From: the human T2T-CHM13v2.0 reference genome, Homo sapiens
DNA: 64,000 bases
Assembly (NCBI RefSeq): GCF_009914755.1
Contig: NC_060931.1
Strand: one strand, 5' to 3'
The notes under the pieces were generated by a model, which searched no databases, was not told the DNA's origin, and saw nothing but the letters and a program-made list of their open reading frames with translations. Made by a program: the position numbers and the translations under genes. This document shows positions 25,336 through 38,680 of this stretch, piece after piece. Numbering within the stretch: the stretch's first letter is position 1; every line of letters begins with the position of its first letter.

Positions 25336-25892
25336 TGCATTTGTTTTCTATTGATGTGTAACAATCTTACCACAAACTTAGTGACTAAAAACAACACATG
25401 TTTACTATCTCACAGTTTCTGTGGATGAGGAGTCCAGGCACAGCTTATCTGGGTCTTTTGCCACTGGGTCTCACAAAAACTCAGTCAAGATGTTTCTGGG
25501 GCTGCAGGCTTGACTGGCAAACGATCTACTTCTAAACTCACGTGGTTGTTAGTAGAATTTAGTTCCTTGTGCCAGTGAGATTGAGGGCCTGTTTCCAGCT
25601 GGCTGTCAATAGGAGGCTGCCCTCAGCTTAAGGCCACATGGCCCTCCCCATATGATGCCTCACATCATGTTTCTTCAAAGCCAGCAAAGGAGATGGGTTA
25701 CAATCTTAAGAAAGGTTACAATCTTATGAAACATAATCATGTAATCACATATATCCCAATGTTTTTGCCATAGTCTTTTGGATAGAAACAACTCAAGTGC
25801 CCACCTACACCCAAGGGAAGAAATCACATAAGAGCATGAATACCAGGAGGCCAGGATCACTGGGAGGGCCACCTTTAAGCTTGTCATCTATA
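25336..25892 (-). mobile_element. MLT1E-like MaLR solo LTR
   Basis: TTACCACAAACTTAGTGACTAAAAACAACAC...TCTCACAGTTTCTGTGG...TTCTTCAAAGCCAGCAA...GCATGAATACCAGGAGGCCAGGATCACTGGG. Confidence 0.88.
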
Positions 25893-26324
25893 GTGATTTT
25901 TTTTTTTAAAAGAAGATACATAGCATATACAAATATTTTAAGAGTCTATAGAAAAAAGAAGAAAAATAACAATAAAATTTTATAAGAGATTGAGTACTCA
26001 CTAGAAAATTGTTGCCATAGAATGAATGAAAAGTATGACCAAAAGTTTATAATTAATTGAAAATCTTATTGACACAATCACCTGTATGAAGGAAGATTAC
26101 AAAGTAGAAATATAAGAACTCAGGGAAGTGATAGAAAAAAAACTGAAATAGATGAAAAGTAAGTTATAGAATTAAAATAAAAGTAAAAAATATAATGAAA
26201 GAAAATTAGAATGAGTACAAGGAACACTAGACACTTGACATGAACATAAAGCATGTGGATGTAGAAATAAGAAAAATAAACACAAAATAAAAATATAGTT
26301 TAACAGGATTAAAACAAAATAATC

Positions 26325-27095
<771 letters not shown>

Positions 27096-27328
27096 GAGGA
27101 AAAAATGTGTGCGTCAGGGCTTTTATATGCAGTCAAGATGTTCAAGTCTGAAGACTACAGGTATATATTTTCAACAGACAAGAGGAGAGTACAATATTAT
27201 TAATATGATCTTTTTAAATCTTGTAATTTGATCTCTATTGCACCAACGATTAATACATTAAATATATTTGGCTGTATGACTATGCCTAAAACAAATGAAG
27301 AAAACAGTAGGACAGAACAAAATAGAAA

Positions 27329-27490
27329 TGTATGTGTAATATATAGTACATATGCAAATACTTATGTATAGTATTTGTGTTTGTATGTATAATTTATATA
27401 TGTATATATGTATATGTGTGTGTTTATATATTATGTATATATATACACTCAGACACACACACACACACACACACATACACACATACGTAT
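27329..27490. repeat. (TA)/(TG)-rich tract followed by (CA)n
   Basis: Seen directly; CA run at about 27454-27486. Confidence 0.88.
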
Positions 27491-29072
27491 GTTCTGACAA
27501 TGTAGGCACTACAGGTGCATGAGGGTATCTGTATTTCCATCCCTTCCACCAATGCCTCTCATTTAGTAGCTTTCTAATTTTGCCAGAGAAACAAGGTTTA
27601 AGACATTCTAAGTGCTGTTCTAATTTGCATTGCTCTGATGTTAGCATCTCTCCTTAAGCTTGTAAACTTGTGAGATTTCATTTTCAAATACTCAATAGCC
27701 ATGTGGGCTTACTACTATATGGAGAGATTGGGGGACCATCTTGGAGGCTGTCTACCACACTAATAATAGAAGCGGATAATACTCCCCCTCACTGAGAAAA
27801 CACAATTTTATATATCCATCCATACATATATGTGTGTTATATGTCCATATACATGCTTATAAAATTCCAACTCAATTGGTACCAAACTATGGACCAGTGT
27901 TATGAAAGTGTTTGATAAAGTTCTATAACATTTCAAAGATTTCTGAGAAGTTGTGTGCTTTTCATTGGCATATATTTGTTTTTAGAAATTAGTTTCTTAA
28001 CAATACCATAGTTCATTAGTTGTGGTGAATGTCTTTTTTCATACCAAATATCACTCTTTAAAGTTAGTATGGTGTTCTATGGGAATGATTCTAGTTCTAG
28101 TGAAGATACTAAGAATTGCCTCAGTATTTCTGATCCCATTCAGAAATCGTTCCACACAGATGTAATTTTTCAATGATCAATCTCCTGGTCTTTTTATAGA
28201 ACAGTTACATGCTACCGAGTTTATATACAAGTTTTTATAATAAGCTGACCTATGTACAAAATATGACTCATCATCTATATTCTGGATTTATCTTTACCTC
28301 AACAGTAGATTTCTAGTCTTGTCAAAAGATTGTCATTGAAAAGAAATCAGAGGGAAGATAAATGATGTCAAATGGAATATATGAAAATTCAACCATGTTA
28401 CAAAAAAAATAGTCTTTGTTTTAGTGTTTTTCTACATTTACCCATAGTCTGAAATTATAGCTGAACCCTGCAAACCAACTCTGATGAGCCTGGAAGTCCA
28501 GTTTCACAATAAACAAAGATGAAACTAAGTTAAATCTCTTGAAAGCTAATAGAAAACTGTCAAGTACTGTTTAATAATATAAATTGAAAATCACCAGTTA
28601 CTAAGATAAATTCCTAAGACTGATTTTATTTCTTTACACACAGGGTTCAAAGCTTTTGTAATTTAATGGTCAGATAAACCTTTATTAAAAAAAAAACACA
28701 GGATACATTATCTGAAATTCAAAATACTGAGCTAATAGATTCCCAACAGTTCACAGCACAGAACATCAAATAAGATGGTAAACATCTTGGCTATAATTAA
28801 AAGTGGATACATTAGACTCTTTAACTATTGGAAATGAAACTTGCTTTCAATTCTATGCATTTATGGGATGTTTGGAAAAAATCCTCTGCAATTTATTTGT
28901 TTTGTATCAACAATAGTTTCAAACTTATTTAAAGTTAACATTGGCCATGACTTCATCAAGCCCATGTCACAGATGCTCATTCCCTAACCAGTCAAAAGGA
29001 GTAGTTGTTGCTAACACAAGGACTGGGGTTAGTTAGAGATGTATTTTTTTTTCTTTTAAGACTAAAACTGAA

Positions 29073-29249
29073 ACTCTCTCCTGTCTACTTCCATTTCGCA
29101 TTCCACCATGGTTGTAAGTTTCCTGAGGCCTCTGTAGAAGCAGAAAACTGCATAGCCCCAAGAACCATGAGCTGGTTAAACCTCTTTTCTTTATAAATTA
29201 CCCAGTCTCAGGTATGTCTTTATAGCAGTATGAGAAGAAAACTAATACT
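29073..29249 (+). mobile_element. MSTA-like MaLR LTR, 3' half
   Basis: TTCCACCATGGTTGTAAGTTTCCTGAGGCCTC...AAACCTCTTTTCTTTATAAATTACCCAGTCTCAGGTATGTCTTTATAGCAG...ACTAATAC. Confidence 0.88.
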
Positions 29250-29324
29250 GTAGACATTTCCTAAAACTCTTAAAATTTAAAGAGCAAGTCAGTATACATG
29301 CATGCTGAATCTAGTAGTCATTTT

Positions 29325-29506
29325 TTTTCATAGCACTTATCATTTGACATACTATATATTTTATTTGTCCATTTTTTGTTCTCTCCACTCAAAGTTAAGT
29401 CTTCACTGAGGGAAGGATCTTAATTGACTACTATATCTGCAGAATTTAGAACAATGATGGATATGTGGCAGCCAGTTAATAAATATTTGTTGAATGAATA
29501 AATAAA
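29325..29506 (+). mobile_element. L2a 3' end
   Basis: TTCATAGCACTTATCA...TTAGAACAATG...AATAAATATTTGTTGAATGAATAAAT. Confidence 0.82.
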
Positions 29507-29727
29507 CTGATCTTTAAGTTGTCTTCAATTTGTTAAAGATATTTTTGTTCATTTAAGTTCCCGTCTGAATGGAGAAGAAAAGTCACCTGAGCCTGGTTGG
29601 TTTTAGTAATGACAAATTTCCTTTTGGGCTTCTACTTTATTTGTTTCTGTTGCTCTGTCAAGAATTAGACTTTAAAAAAAATTGAAAAAAGGCTTTATAT
29701 CAAAACATACTTTTTAAAAACAATTTC

Positions 29728-30006
29728 AGACTCCTGACCTCAGGTGATCCGTCAGCCTCAGCCTTCAACCAACATAGTGAAACCCCGTCTCTACTAAAAA
29801 TACAAAAATTAGCTAGGCATGATGCTGTGTGCCTGTAGTCCCAGCTACTCAGGAGGCTGAGCCAGGAGAATCGCTTAAACTCAGGAGGTAGAGGTTGCAG
29901 TGAGCCAAGATTGCGCCACTGCACTCCAGCCTCAGTGGCAGGGCGAGACTCTATCTCAAAAAATAAGTAAATAAAAATAAAAATAAATAAATAAATAATA
30001 CAAAAA
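29728..30006 (+). mobile_element. AluS with 5' truncation and 5' inversion
   Basis: Antisense Alu segment 29730-29768 (ACTCCTGACCTCAGGTGATCC...) joined to a sense Alu from CCAACATAGTGAAACCCC to the A-rich tail. TSD TAAAAAC(A/G)ATTTC at 29715-29727 and 30007-30019. Confidence 0.9.
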
Positions 30007-30019
30007 TAAAAACGATTTC

Positions 30020-30480
30020 CACTTTTATTTTAGATTCAGGGGTTACATGTGCAGATTTTTTACATGGTTATATTGCATGATGCTGAGGTTTGAGATATGA
30101 ATTTCTCACCCAAGTAGTGAGCATAGTACCCAATAGCTAGTTTTTCAACCCATACCTTCCTTCCTCCCTTCCCCCTTCTACAGTGCCTGTTGTTCCAATT
30201 TTTATATCTACGTGCACTCAATGTTTAGCTCCCACTTATAAGTAAGAACATACAGTATTTGGTTTTCTGTTCCTGCATTAATTCGATTAGGATTATGACC
30301 TCCAGCTGCATGCATGTTGCTGCAAAGGATATGATTTCATTCTTTTTTATGGCTATGTGATATTCCATGGCATATATGTACCACATTTTCTTTATCCAGT
30401 CCACTGTTGAAGGGCACCCCAGTTGATTCCATGTCCTTGTTATTGTGAATAGCACTGCGATGAACATATGAGTGCATGTA
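30020..30480 (-). mobile_element. L1PA15/16-like 3' segment (non-inverted part)
   Basis: CTTTTATTTTAGATTCAGGGG...GCATGATGCTGAGGTTTG...CTCCCACTTATAAGTAAGAACAT...TGAACATATGAGTGCATGT. Confidence 0.93.
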
Positions 30481-30483
30481 ACT

Positions 30484-30902
30484 TCCAGAATCTTTAAGGA
30501 ACTTAAATCGATACGCAAAAAAACAACCCCATTAAAAGGTGGGTAAAGGATGTGAACAGACACTTCTCCAAAGAAGCCATTCAAGCGGCCAAGAAACATA
30601 TTTAAAAAATGCTCATAATCAGTAATTACTAGACAAATGCAAAGCAAAACCACAATGAGATACCACGAGATTGCACATCAGTCAAAATGGCTATTATTAA
30701 AAAGTCAAAAAATAACAGATGCTGGCGGGGCTGCAGAGAAAAGAGAACACTTATACATAGTTGGTAGGAATGTAAATTAGTTCTGCCACTGTGGAAATCA
30801 GCTTGGAGATTTCTCAACTAATTTAAAACAGAACTACCACTTAGCCCAGCAATCCCATTACTGAGTATCTATCCAAAGGAAAATAAATCATTCTACCAAA
30901 GA
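30484..30902 (+). mobile_element. Inverted 5' segment of the same L1 (ORF2 C-terminal region)
   Basis: TCCAGAATCTTTAAGGAACTTAAA...AACAACCCCATTAAAAGGTGGG...CAAAACCACAATGAGATACCA...AATAAATCATTCTACCAAA, ending about where the minus segment begins in the L1 consensus. Confidence 0.92.
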
Positions 30903-32339
30903 GAATGAGCTTTTTAAAGAGTTTCTCATCTCTCAATCTAACTAGAAATCCTGTTAACATCCAGTGAATATAATAACATGTGCCCGGAGCTACACATGTT
31001 GGCTGGTTGACTGTGAATTATGGTCATTTTTGCACTGCCTCGTTCACTGCTGGCCTCCAGAAGCCTAAATGTTGATCCATGTACTTTGAGGAATTACAGA
31101 CTTGAAGATGAAGATTCTGTAGTGTGTGAAGCATAGAAAGAGTGTAGTGCTAATAATTACACTGCTCATTCTAGACTAGTTTCTTGTAGCAAATCAGGAT
31201 AAGAGTTAGTATTCACCATTTTGTGAATGCTAGTTCCCAAAGGTAAAGATTCAAGTGATTTTAACAGTGGCAAAATTGAAAAAAAGCTCAAGTCCTATTT
31301 CTTCGTTTTTATAATGATGTATAATATCATATGCTAATATATAATCTATACAATTTTAATTAATCTATTTCTTCATCCATAATAAGGACTTTTGTATTTA
31401 TAAGTATAATATCATTGACAGGTATATATAGGGCTAGAAGTGTTGGAAATACAGTTTGTACCCAAAGCAAGCTTGAAAACTTCTGAACCATCACAAACAG
31501 ATTCTTGAATAGAGTTTGTGTCCTGGGGTCTGTGGAGTCTGGAACTGATTGCCCAACTAGGAGTTCTCTGCATTAATTTCTGTGTAAAATACAAGATTTA
31601 TGAAAGTATAAGTAATAAAATATGCTAATTTGAAGCTTAAAATATATTATTGAAACTCAGCAGTAACCAAAGCAACTTAGAAATGAAATCAATAAATAAT
31701 TTTTTCTAAGAGAAGTACTTTATTACCGACATTTAAAATATTTCTGGTGGATAGTGATAAGAAAACAAGATAGACCTTTACTTAGTTTTCTTATTGCTTT
31801 TAAAGTTTTTACAGACCATGTGTACTCTTAAGTCTGTACTTGGAGTAGACTGCTCCCACCACTCTGACTTCCTCCGCCACCACTGACTAAGTACTCATCT
31901 TATGATTAGCAAAAATGAAGGCATTTTTTAAAAGTGAACAGGGTCAAAATAGCCAACAGGGGAATATTAATGGTGGTCACTGAGCTTAAGAAGTCACTTA
32001 AGCTACCTGGAATCACTAAAATTACTGATATGATTCTGATATTTACAAAGAATCCACATCTCTCCTATGGAGAATTGATTGATTGGTCCCAAGTAAAAGA
32101 AGCAGAGAGAATGGGATGCTTCTCAACTCTTCATATCATCCCTCTTCTCTTCCAAGAAGTGCTTGCTTTGAGTTTTTATTTATATTTAAAATTTAAAACA
32201 ATGAAATAATATAAACTGAGAGATGCATGTTTTTGTTCTGAAAATGCAAATTTTGGTTCATACATGAAATACTTTTAATGAATTTGAACAATATTTAAAT
32301 AGAATTAAAACCTGGTATGTATATATTGCTTCTATCATA

Positions 32340-32806
32340 GAGCTCTCTTTACTTGCAGGGGGCAAATCTTGATTCTTTTAAGCAAATGAAGGTCATGCCA
32401 TTTCCTTTTCTAGTGCTTGTTTTAGAAATAAGCACATAATGCAATTCTAGCCAATGTCACTTGAAAGTCTGACGGAGGTACCAGGAAAAATTCCTCTTTT
32501 TTTTTTTTTGGTGGGAGATAGGGGAATATACTATCTTCTAGTCCTTTAGTTCCTTTTGGGAATGTCATAATTAGTTTGTGCAGACTTCTTGAGGGTATGG
32601 TATATTAGTATGATAGAGCTATTTGGATATCAGCCCAAAGGATTGGTAGTTTAGCAATACAGGGGGAAGAAAAAAGAATCTTTGGTAGCATCCTTGGACC
32701 ACTGAATCAACCTTCCCTGGGACTTCTCTACCTCTGGGCTTTGGGTTATATTTGGACCATCTGGAGTTAGTTCTTCTGTTTTAGTCTAAAGCATCCTAAA
32801 TGAGAT
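32340..32806 (+). mobile_element. MLT1K-like MaLR LTR
   Basis: GGTCATGCCATTTCC...CAATTCTAGCCAATG...CCACTGAATCAACC...CTACCTCTGGGCTT...AAAGCATCCTAAATGAGAT. Confidence 0.7.
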
Positions 32807-34434
32807 GTTTCTTATGCTTCTAAATATACTCTTTTTAACCATGTTCCATTTTGTGTGGACATTGTAAGGGTAATATATACAGACTTAAAAAGAATATGCC
32901 TATGAATTAGGAAGCTTTAAGCAATGGAAACCATTTTTCATTCACTGCCATTCCACTATGGTAGCAATTCTTCCTATGGTAATTCTGTTTGTTACTTCTC
33001 AGTAATAGGAAGAATCATCAGTACAATTGTGTAAGGTACTTTTAATGAATACATATCTATATTCTCAAACCGTATGGCAACTTCTGGAATGCTTTAGATT
33101 TCCATCCCACCTTCATAATCTCTTAAAGAGTCTCCTGTGCCTTACTCACTCAACCTTACAGTAGGTATTCATAGTCTGGTAACACTTTTCTTCTAATTGA
33201 TCCAATGTGGTTTGGTGGTCACAGTTATTTATAATAGTGGTAATCCTCATACTACAAGAGTAGGCAATATTGTATTTAACTACCTCACTATTGAGAAATC
33301 CTTAATATAGGGCCATCAACTTTAGTTGTGAAATTCCTGTGTCATGTGATATTACTGGGATCAATTCTCATAGGATGAGATCTAAGAATTAATAAGACTG
33401 AAAGGAAACATTTAGAATATGTAAATGACAGGTTTTTTGTCTTTGCAATTGTTAAGAAACTAAAACCAGATTTTATATCTATTTTGAAAGGCTGAAATGA
33501 GTTTTATATTATGACGTCTATTAACAATTCAAAGTGTCTATTTTAAAATCTTTAACAATTTCTTAAAAAATATCTTGTACTGAAGGATAAAAATGGCTCT
33601 GTTATTCATATATGATTAAGTACTGCATTTCTCACTTCAATAAGTGTAATTCCATATAATTTATTATATAAACCATCAGAATAATAGAATCCAGTTCTAT
33701 TTGTGACATCTCTGCAGTTATCACAATGTATTTTGAAAACCCAAAGTAACAATGGGCATTTCCATTGAGTGTGTTTCTTTGCCCATAAAGGAAACAACCA
33801 AATTTACTTCTGGCAGAAACTCATTTGACACATTCTAACCAGAATATATTAAATCAATTGTTTGCTTCATGTGGGATGTTAAAATGACATCCCATTTTAT
33901 CCTTCCATTTTCTTAACGTAATAATGAGCACATTCAATTCACAAACATTTCAATTTGGTTATGAGCTCACTTCCTCCATACTACTCCTACCACCTCCACT
34001 TCAAGTTTAGCATAATCACTCTCTTGATGATTTATGCAATTTCTAAACATTAGCAAACATAACTAACCAAATATAATGTATTAATAAGTCTTCAATTATT
34101 TTTAGAAAGAATTGCAATAGCGTTGGCATTGTCTTACAGAAATACACCTGATTTTAAAAGTAGATTTTTTTTCTGATTTACCAGACAAGAATATCCAAAC
34201 ACCAAACTGTGTAAATATTTCAAAACCATACATACAAAAGTATTACCTAATTTGTAGTGACTTATCAAGGCAGGGAAGTAGGAACTTAATATTCATTAAG
34301 TCATTTGACATTCTTAACAATGTGCAGAAGATCATGCTTTGTGCAGAGTTCAAAATAGATAACAAATGCCTTCTTCTGTGGGAAAAACATGAACATCAAT
34401 GTGTCTAAAGGGCTATTCAGTACATGTTTTGTAT

Positions 34435-34605
34435 GCATCATTATTTGTATGCTTTATAATAATCCTCAGAGTTAGGCCTATTTTATAGATGAGAAGACTG
34501 AGCCTCAAATGTAACTTAGCCGAGGACTTACATACCTGCTAAGTTGCAGAACTGGTATGTGCACCCAATTATCTAAGAATCTAAAGCCCACATGCTTTTG
34601 TCACA
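34435..34605 (-). mobile_element. MIR
   Basis: CCTATTTTATAGATGAGAAGACTGAGCCTCA...GTAACTTAGCCGAGG...CTAAGTTGCAGAACTGG. Confidence 0.72.
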
Positions 34606-35414
34606 CTACACTCTCTTTCTTTTGAAATTTATAATCTGTTATCAAGGAGGGAGAACTTATATAAAGTTCAGAGAAGGTATATACACTTATACACACACAT
34701 ACACACATATATACAAAGTTCAAAGAAGGTGGAGATGAGTACAATATAGACAAATGTAATTGAAGAAGTTTTTGATTCTTATGAGTATTATACATATTTT
34801 AGGGGATCTGTGTTCTTTTCAATGTCTATGAATTTGACCATCTTTTCTTCTCACATTCTTCCCCATCCGTTCACCAGTGACTTCACTCTTCTGTGAAAGA
34901 TGAGATAGAAACAGCTACTTTTCTCTAACAGCATAATTTATCTAATTGGTGTGATAGCAAAAGAATGAAAACTATTGGCTTGCAATAGGCAGATTAAGAT
35001 GTGAAACGCTTGTGTCACTGGTTGCCCAATGACTTTGCCCTTCACTGGGTGAAAAGTGAGGAGTAAGAGGAGGAAGAATGAGAGGCACATTTTTCTTCTT
35101 GGGTCCAAGGAAATGCTCTAATCCAGTTTTAATGAAATTTCTGTCTTATCACTCTCTGACTTTTGAGTTCATTTATCAATTTGTTAATAACACAGAAAGA
35201 AGAAATATGTGATTCTTTTGTAACAGGGTAGTCCAACAATGAACAGCTTTGGGAAGGATCTGGCTTCCCTGGGGAAAGTGTTGCTTCCTTAAAGAATGCT
35301 CCCTGTCTAGTAAATAATTGTAACTTGGCAGTCACTCTCAAACTATCAATTTAACAAGTAAACTCACATTTTCCTACTCTATGCTGGTGGATATGAATAA
35401 TCAGGAAGGAGACA

Positions 35415-35457
35415 TAGATGCTGGACTTTTCCCCTAGATGCTGGACTTTTCCCCTAG
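35415..35457. repeat. Perfect 20-bp tandem duplication TAGATGCTGGACTTTTCCCC x2 (+TAG)
   Basis: Seen directly. Confidence 0.95.
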
Positions 35458-38003
35458 GAGAGAAAGATTCATTTATGACCTGCTTTTTTTTTTGGAAAAG
35501 CAGAAGAAACCCAAATTATAATCCATAAGGTATTCACCTGAGCACATGCTGACTTCATGTAAGTATTTTTGTGCTTATTTCAGTTTACAACAGTCAGTGC
35601 AATCTCACACGGCATATATTTCTATATTCTTTATTTGTGGCTATTTGAATTATTCATATGTTTAATTTTTAGTCTCTTTATCCTTGATTCTTCAAGATTC
35701 TGGAAATGATAATTTGTTCTTTTCTCACCTGGTTTATGATGATTTCAAATGCCCTACTTGGTCTCATTGAATTTAGCTATAAATTTCAAAATTGAATTGC
35801 AGAAAACAATGTATACTATTTGAAATCAATCTTGGATAAGTCATAATTACCCAAATATTTATTAATTTGATGAATTTCTATATGCCTTTTTTGGTCTTCA
35901 CAGAGAGAGTATCAATTGCTAAGTGTTTTTAGTCAGTGGCTCTTTGTAAATGAAATACCTAAATTCACAATACTTCATACAAAATGTGTTACATTAGAGT
36001 ATTTGCATTAAAGATGTTTTACTCTGCAATAAAATTTTGTACAATCTAACATTCATGAAAGAGGGAAATAAGTGGATTTTGCAAAGAATATTCACCAAGA
36101 CCTTTGTTTAATAGAGGGGAGAAAAAGAAATAATTAAATACTAGCAGAAAACAGGGTTGCCTCTTTGGGAAATGTACTCATTCAGGTAGCCCCTGGAACA
36201 TTGGGTAAGTATCTCCTCTTGTCTGGGTAGGTGACAGTGTGTGGAGAAGCTAATGAATGCAGGGCCAAATTGCACCTCTTTGTTTGGTGGATTTTTCTCC
36301 ATCTCCATTAGCTCTCGAGAAGAAAACACTTATTTGACCTTTTAAGTAGCTAGACTTCAAAATAATTTTAGAATTTGCATATTTTACGCATTTTTTTCTG
36401 AACCCTGAGCACATATAATGCAAATATATAGTCATAATTCTTACTCTGTTGCCTTGTTCTAAATAATGAAAGTATTAGAGTCAACTCTTTGAGACAAGGC
36501 CCATCTTACATTGACATCCCAAAAATGGGAATAGTGCTCCATAGTAAACAGTTTAAAAATATTATTTGGATTATAAAATGAATTAATTATATAAAGAGAA
36601 AATGTGTTCACAAATGTAATTGGGAATAAATGTGTTAAATATTACATAGAATCTGGTTTTAATCCAAAAACGACTCAAACTTATTAATTCGATTTGTATT
36701 TTAATTCAACCATTTAGTTTTTTTCTTTAAATATTTCAGAGTGTTAGTAATATACTAGCTGGAAGATGTAGCTAGATGGTAAATTGTCAGAATGAACATA
36801 GAAATCTTGGAAAAGACAGACACAGATGAAACAAATATATCTTGCCTGGTCCCTGAATAGGGGGACATGCTATTATCGAAAGTTTTAAGTAGCTGTGAAT
36901 TACTTATAATAGCAAGTACTGAAGATTGTAATTTATGTTATTATGTTATTAAGCAAATTGCCTGACAGAAAATATTGCAGTATATTAAAACAACTTCTAC
37001 TGCATCTAACATAAATTCAATAGATTAAAATATATACTGTATATACTGTAAATAATACTTAAGCAGAAATACCTATAGAATACAATATATAAATAGGCAC
37101 CTTTGTTTCCCTTCACACTTCATTTAAAAGCCCAGACCCCCTTTTAACAATATATCTTGCTAAAAGCAATGTGCCCTTTTTGGTGAAACAGGTACCATAT
37201 AATGAAGCTCAAATCTAATAGTCATAAATTGACTTACTGTTGTTAATGCATTAGCAAGTAATAAATCCAAGTCCATGCCATCAATACAGGAATTCTGTTC
37301 CTGCCTTAAAATTTGAGGACAATTTAAGTCTACAGAGTTTTTCTTGGAATAACAGTTAATGCTGAAATGAAAGTGGCATGCAAATCTCCCAATTCAGGAA
37401 GAAAAATAATCACAATATGCTTCTGCTGAATCTAAACAGCCCTACTTCCTTTCACAGTACCTTGTGAGCAGTCCTCTTAGGTGTCAGTAGTAGGCCTAGT
37501 AAACATTTTTTGTCCAAGGCTGTCCCTATGTGGCCCCACTTATGCTCACATTATGACTTCAGGATAATAATTAATAAAGCCCACTTTCACTCTCCAAAGT
37601 GTCTCGGTCTACATAATAAATTACATAGTTATTATATTATAGGTTAATGTAATACATATGAAATTGTATTAATGATATGGATTCATTACTAATGAGATTT
37701 AACTAAGAAAGTTTAAATTATATGGTAACTTTCCATGAAGTAATCTGAATTTTAAAGGTGCAGATAAATGCTTTATTAAATGAAATGCTTTTTGATATTG
37801 TACAGCTTTTTCCAGAAACTGCAAGCTTAAAAAAAAAAAAGCCATTGGATATGAAAAAAGAAGCATTCTTGAGAAAATTCCCTAAGGAGAATTTATTTTT
37901 TCTTAAAAAGGGGCTTTATTTGAGGTGTCAAGCTAAGATTGTGCTCCTTCCCACCTGGAGAATAACATTCGACATCAAATATTTGGCCAGAATTTTGCTA
38001 TAG

Positions 38004-38120
38004 ACATTAGCAAGTCATTCCTTTCATCTGTGATTGTATACGAAGTGTTAGCTCTAGAGTGTGAGCTGCCATCCATCAGAGACAACGTTTGCTTCTCCTG
38101 TGTAACAATGTCACAACACT
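38004..38120 (+). other. Candidate non-coding exon (117 nt)
   Basis: Acceptor AATTTTGCTATAG| and donor ACT|GTAAGT in unique sequence. Confidence 0.22.
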
Positions 38121-38239
38121 GTAAGTTCAATAACATTGCCTAAGTAGTCAGGCAATGAAACCAATATGCATGAAATGCTATCATTGTCGTTGGCTTAAAG
38201 GCAAAATATGTTGAACCAAGGCTATTTTCTTATTCAATT

Positions 38240-38455
38240 AACATTTACAGAAAACCTATTATGTGCCACGCATCTTGACACAAATTTTTTATTTGTTCCT
38301 AATAACAACCTGTGAGGTATGTGTTACTTTCCAGATGGGGAAATAGAAAGCCAGAGAGATTAAGTGACTTTTTTAAAGTTACTTAGCTGGTAATTGATGG
38401 AAGGTTGATTCAAATCAAGGCTGATTGATTCAACATGTGAGCTCTTTCCGCCCCA
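38240..38455 (-). mobile_element. MIR
   Basis: AACATTTAC...TATGTGCCA...AACAACCTGTGAGGTA...CAGATGGGGAAATAG...AGAGATTAAGTGACTT...GATTCAAATCAAGG. Confidence 0.8.
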
Positions 38456-38520
38456 TTTCTGCTTACATCTCTGGCTCCAGACTTTGATGTTTGGCCAAGA
38501 AGAGACTTTTCAGAGTGGTA

Positions 38521-38680
38521 GAAAGCCATTTCCTACTAATCTAAAATAAGGATTCCTGCATGGAGATAAAATTGAATATTATTTTTTCCTATTATTTTTG
38601 ATAGCCATTTCCTACTATTCTAAAATAAGAATCCCTGCATGGAGATAAAATTGAATATTTTTTTCCTATTATTTTTGAAA
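38521..38680. repeat. 79-bp tandem duplication (2 copies)
   Basis: 38521-38599 and 38600-38676 differ by 4 substitutions and one 2-nt indel. Confidence 0.93.

Noticed and set aside
30225-30817. 142-aa and 62-aa ORFs
   Set aside because: They run through the inverted L1; the 142-aa ORF is a chimera of antisense and sense L1 ORF2 sequence.
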